From positions 1 through 25,953 of the IMG/VR virus record IMGVR_UViG_3300005764_001402: 25,953 bases of DNA; one strand, given 5' to 3'. This document shows positions 24,654 through 25,953 of this stretch, piece after piece (the stretch's first letter is position 1; every line of letters begins with the position of its first letter). Below the pieces are notes generated by a model. It made no database searches and was not told the origin of the DNA. It worked only from the letters and a program-made list of their open reading frames with translations. This DNA comes from a virus (Duplodnaviria > Caudoviricetes). The translations under genes were made by a program, and so were the position numbers.

Positions 24654-25792
24654 GCTAGCTCAAGGATAAACATTACGCCGGTATCGACGCCGCTCGACGC
24701 CACGGCTTGCCCGCCGAGGAGTGCAGTCACCTTGAATCGGTGTTGCCCGGCGGCGACATTACCGACCGCCATCGTAGTAATTTGATAGGGAACGACGGCA
24801 ACGCCGGAGCCCGTTACCAACCCGGTATTATTCATTTCGCATGTTACCGTTCCGTTGGTCGGTACGCCCGCCGTGCCGTCAATACGCAGGCGCGACGTAA
24901 TCGAGACTGCAGCGCCCGACGACGCAATGCCGACGTGCCCGTTTATAAGCCCCCACGCAATATAACTTCCGCCCCGAGACGTCCATGTTTGCTCCATGCA
25001 TAACGCCTCGGTGCCGAGCGTGATTAGAAACCCGCTCGCCACACTTGCGCCAACAAGCGCCTGAACACTCGCCCCGACAGCAAGCATGGAGCGCAAAACG
25101 GAGAGGTCGGCAAGTGTACAGTAGACTTTGCCGTCGCTCCCCTTGATATTGAATAGACCCGCCCACGCGGTACCCGGCGCCGGCGCTCGGTCAATCTCGA
25201 ATTGGTCAGCGCCGTAATTGAGGCGGGCTAGCCACGAGGCTTTCGTATTGTCGAACGCATTCAGGGCGCTTGTATTACCCCCAAAATCCACATACGTGCC
25301 CGTCGTAACGAGCCCGCCGCGGGGGTTGATATTCAGCGTACCGCCTTGCACGACGCCGATTGCAGGGTTTGGATAGGTGCCGCTCAAATCGCCGCCCGCC
25401 GCGGAGCTCGGCGTGATCGGCCCTGAGAGCTTCGCTTGCGTAACGCTCCCGTTCGCAAGGTCGGCGGTAATTATCGACCCGTCGATTATCTTCGACGTGC
25501 CAACGCTATTATCGGCGAGCTTTGCCGAGGTAACGCATTGGTCGGCGAGGTCGACCGTTGCCACGCCGCTATCGGCGAGCTCACGCGACCCGACGGCGCC
25601 CGGGGCGAGCTTCGCACCCGTAATCGCACCGTCGGCGATATTGTCATTGGTTACGCCGGTATTCCAAGCGCTGTAAATCGTATCGAGGTCCGCATCCATT
25701 TCGGACGCGAGAATGTTTTTGTATCCGGCCGCGACCTTTCCCTGATAGGTCGTCGCGCCGCCTTGCTTCGTCGGTCGGGTTAACTGCGGCAT
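24650..25792 (-). CDS. Tail fibre/spike protein
   Basis: About 10-aa (I/V)TxAKLADxS repeats, [11 protein letters not shown], beta-rich C-terminus. Confidence 0.8.
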   Translation of the reverse strand: MPQLTRPTKQGGATTYQGKVAAGYKNILASEMDADLDTIYSAWNTGVTNDNIADGAITGAKLAPGAVGSRELADSGVATVDLADQCVTSAKLADNSVGTSKIIDGSIITADLANGSVTQAKLSGPITPSSAAGGDLSGTYPNPAIGVVQGGTLNINPRGGLVTTGTYVDFGGNTSALNAFDNTKASWLARLNYGADQFEIDRAPAPGTAWAGLFNIKGSDGKVYCTLADLSVLRSMLAVGASVQALVGASVASGFLITLGTEALCMEQTWTSRGGSYIAWGLINGHVGIASSGAAVSITSRLRIDGTAGVPTNGTVTCEMNNTGLVTGSGVAVVPYQITTMAVGNVAAGQHRFKVTALLGGQAVASSGVDTGVMFILELA

Positions 25793-25796
25793 GTTT

Positions 25797-25952
25797 TTAG
25801 CGCGTCTCCCTTGCCGACGGTTGTACGCGGAGCTCGAAATCGCGGAGGTCGAGCCGCACGGGGTCGCGGTGCTCTAGGGTCGCCTGAAAGGCACGGGCGC
25901 GGAGCTCGGGCACCGGCAACTCAAACTCTTCGAGGTCGAGCGACGCGACAAC
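25797..25952 (-). CDS. C-terminal fragment of an upstream virion protein (possibly tail nozzle/stabilisation protein)
   Basis: Hand translation VVASLDLEEFELPVPELRARAFQATLEHRDPVRLDLRDFELRVQPSARETR*; beta-strand pattern; function inferred from position only. Confidence 0.5.
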   Translation of the reverse strand, partial: VVASLDLEEFELPVPELRARAFQATLEHRDPVRLDLRDFELRVQPSARETR

Positions 25953-25953
25953 C

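Noticed and set aside
1-25953. Stop-codon reassignment suggested by frequent TAG/CTAG
   Set aside because: Genes translate intact with the standard code, and TAG acts as a normal stop next to downstream starts.

Overview
This window is part of a high-GC temperate tailed phage, probably with a short-tailed (P22/T7-like) virion. It appears to be in the excised state, because an intact attP has phage genes on both sides. From left to right it contains: a lysis cassette on the minus strand (GH19 endolysin cut by the window edge, holin-like genes, a Cys-rich secreted protein); a palindrome-dense non-coding region containing G9-ACTA-G9; a probable small terminase subunit; a reverse-oriented cassette of small genes; two tail-fibre genes; a large terminase gene encoding only the ATPase domain; an exonuclease plus putative single-strand annealing protein; a regulatory and integration block (Cro-like, RHH, Xis, XRE, tyrosine integrase, attP matching the 3' half of tRNA-Lys(CTT)); RusA; and the distal virion operon on the minus strand (third fibre, two tandem GNAT acetyltransferases, four putative DNA-ejection proteins). 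The most unusual features are the nuclease-less terminase with its candidate packaging region, the DnaA-box-like repeats straddling attP with no recognisable replication gene in the window, the absence of a divergent cI, and the tandem GNATs beside the ejection proteins. All product calls come from manual motif recognition; no searches were run.
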